Below, one piece after another: positions 63,031 to 64,000 of a DNA stretch of 64,000 nt. A program made the translations under genes and the position numbers. The DNA comes from Marsupella aquatica (Eukaryota; Plantae; Marchantiophyta). The stretch covers positions 14,477,037 through 14,541,036 of the forward strand of contig OZ316891.1 in assembly GCA_973895155.1 (NCBI GenBank). The letters are read 5' to 3'. Under the pieces are notes generated by a model that was given only the letters and a program-made list of their open reading frames with translations, searched no databases and was not told where the DNA came from. Every line of letters starts with the position of its first letter. Within the stretch, counting starts at the first letter, position 1.

Positions 63031-63439
63031 CCACTCCACTCCACTCCACTCCACTCCTCCACAGTCCAAACACCACCAACAAAACCCTAAACTTCACTCG
63101 AAAATTAATGTACTACTTACTCATCACACCGTCCTTCAATCAATCAATTCATCAATCCATCAATCCATCAATCAATCAGTCTAACACAAAGCGCTCAGCA
63201 CTCATGCATTGAAAGCACGTCTTCTCGTCTCGTCTCGTCTCGTCTCGTCTCGTCTTCTAGATTCACCAGCAGCCAGCTACCGACAGTGGTGGCCTCCATG
63301 CAGAGGGTGTCTCGAAGCAATCTCCAAATCGAGGAGAGGAATTGTCAAACTATGCTTGCTGAATTGCTGCTTTGCTGATTGGCGTTGCTGATTTGCTTTG
63401 CTTTGCTTTGCTTTGCTGCTCGAATCGAATCGAATCGAA
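63031..63439. repeat. Cluster of short microsatellites in the S-acyltransferase leader/promoter
   Basis: (CACTC)n 63032-63056, (TCAA/TCCA)n about 63136-63178, (CGTCT)6 63226-63255, (TTTGC)n 63392-63416, (CGAAT)n 63421-63439. Confidence 0.85.
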
Positions 63440-63556
63440 CGGATTAAGTGTGGAAAACAGTGGTTCGGTCGTGTAGGGAATCGGCCACACGGACGGACCG
63501 CTGAGGTTTATGGATCGCAGAGTTCCCGAAGGTAATTATTGATTGACCACATGATT

Positions 63557-63745
63557 CCATCATTTTCCCCATCATTTTTCCCATCATTTTTCCATCATTT
63601 GTTTTTTGCCTTGAAAACCCAAAGCAGACCCATCTAAAGCAGACCCATTCTTATTTTTGTTGGCCCTGAAAACCGGCCCAAAGCAGACCCATCTAAAGCA
63701 GACCGATTTTTATTTTTGTTGGCCTTGAAAACCCAAAGGAGACCT
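63557..63745. repeat. Short tandem arrays (about 12-bp and about 57-bp units)
   Basis: CCATCATTTT repeated four times, then GCC.TGAAAACC...CCAAAGCAGACCCATCTAAAGCAGACC repeated about three times. Confidence 0.8.
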
Positions 63746-64000
63746 ACCTAATAGACCTACCTAATCTATCAGACTTTTTATTTTGGATTATGCATCAGTG
63801 TAGGGTAGCCCACAAGGGGAGACTACACCCAGGGATCCTACAGGGACCAGTAGCAGGATGGAGAAGGGGTTGACCTAGAGCCGTGAAGTGACCAGCTAGA
63901 GGTGTAGGAGAAACCAATACTCTCACCACTACACCCCACCCGCACATACAGACACATGCCCTTGGGTGTGAAGGGAATCATGATCATTTTCACTCATCAG

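Overview
Land-plant nuclear DNA; a bryophyte-grade plant is my inference from the protein sequences, compact GT-AG introns and gene density, and I cannot name the species. Eight protein-coding genes were rebuilt exon by exon with consistent reading-frame phase: an RF4/RF298/MIP1/PIR-family RING E3 ligase (-), a TlyA-family rRNA methyltransferase (-), plastid-division MinD (-), a PHB2-type prohibitin (-), a DUF89/ARMT1-like damage-control phosphatase (-), an intronless ALB3 insertase (+), VPS55 (+) and a PAT12/13/14-clade DHHC S-acyltransferase (-). The intergenic DNA holds a decayed PIF/Harbinger transposon, three distinct tRNA-derived SINE-like inserts (one with a perfect 15-bp TSD), two MITE families, a foldback hairpin, several local tandem arrays and many pentanucleotide microsatellites. 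I see no CRISPR array, rRNA gene, intact tRNA gene or prokaryote-type system, and no convincing new multi-gene system. The best leads are the intronless ALB3, an AUG-stop element overlapping the VPS55 start codon, and the small mobile elements. All family assignments come from motif recognition, not database searches.
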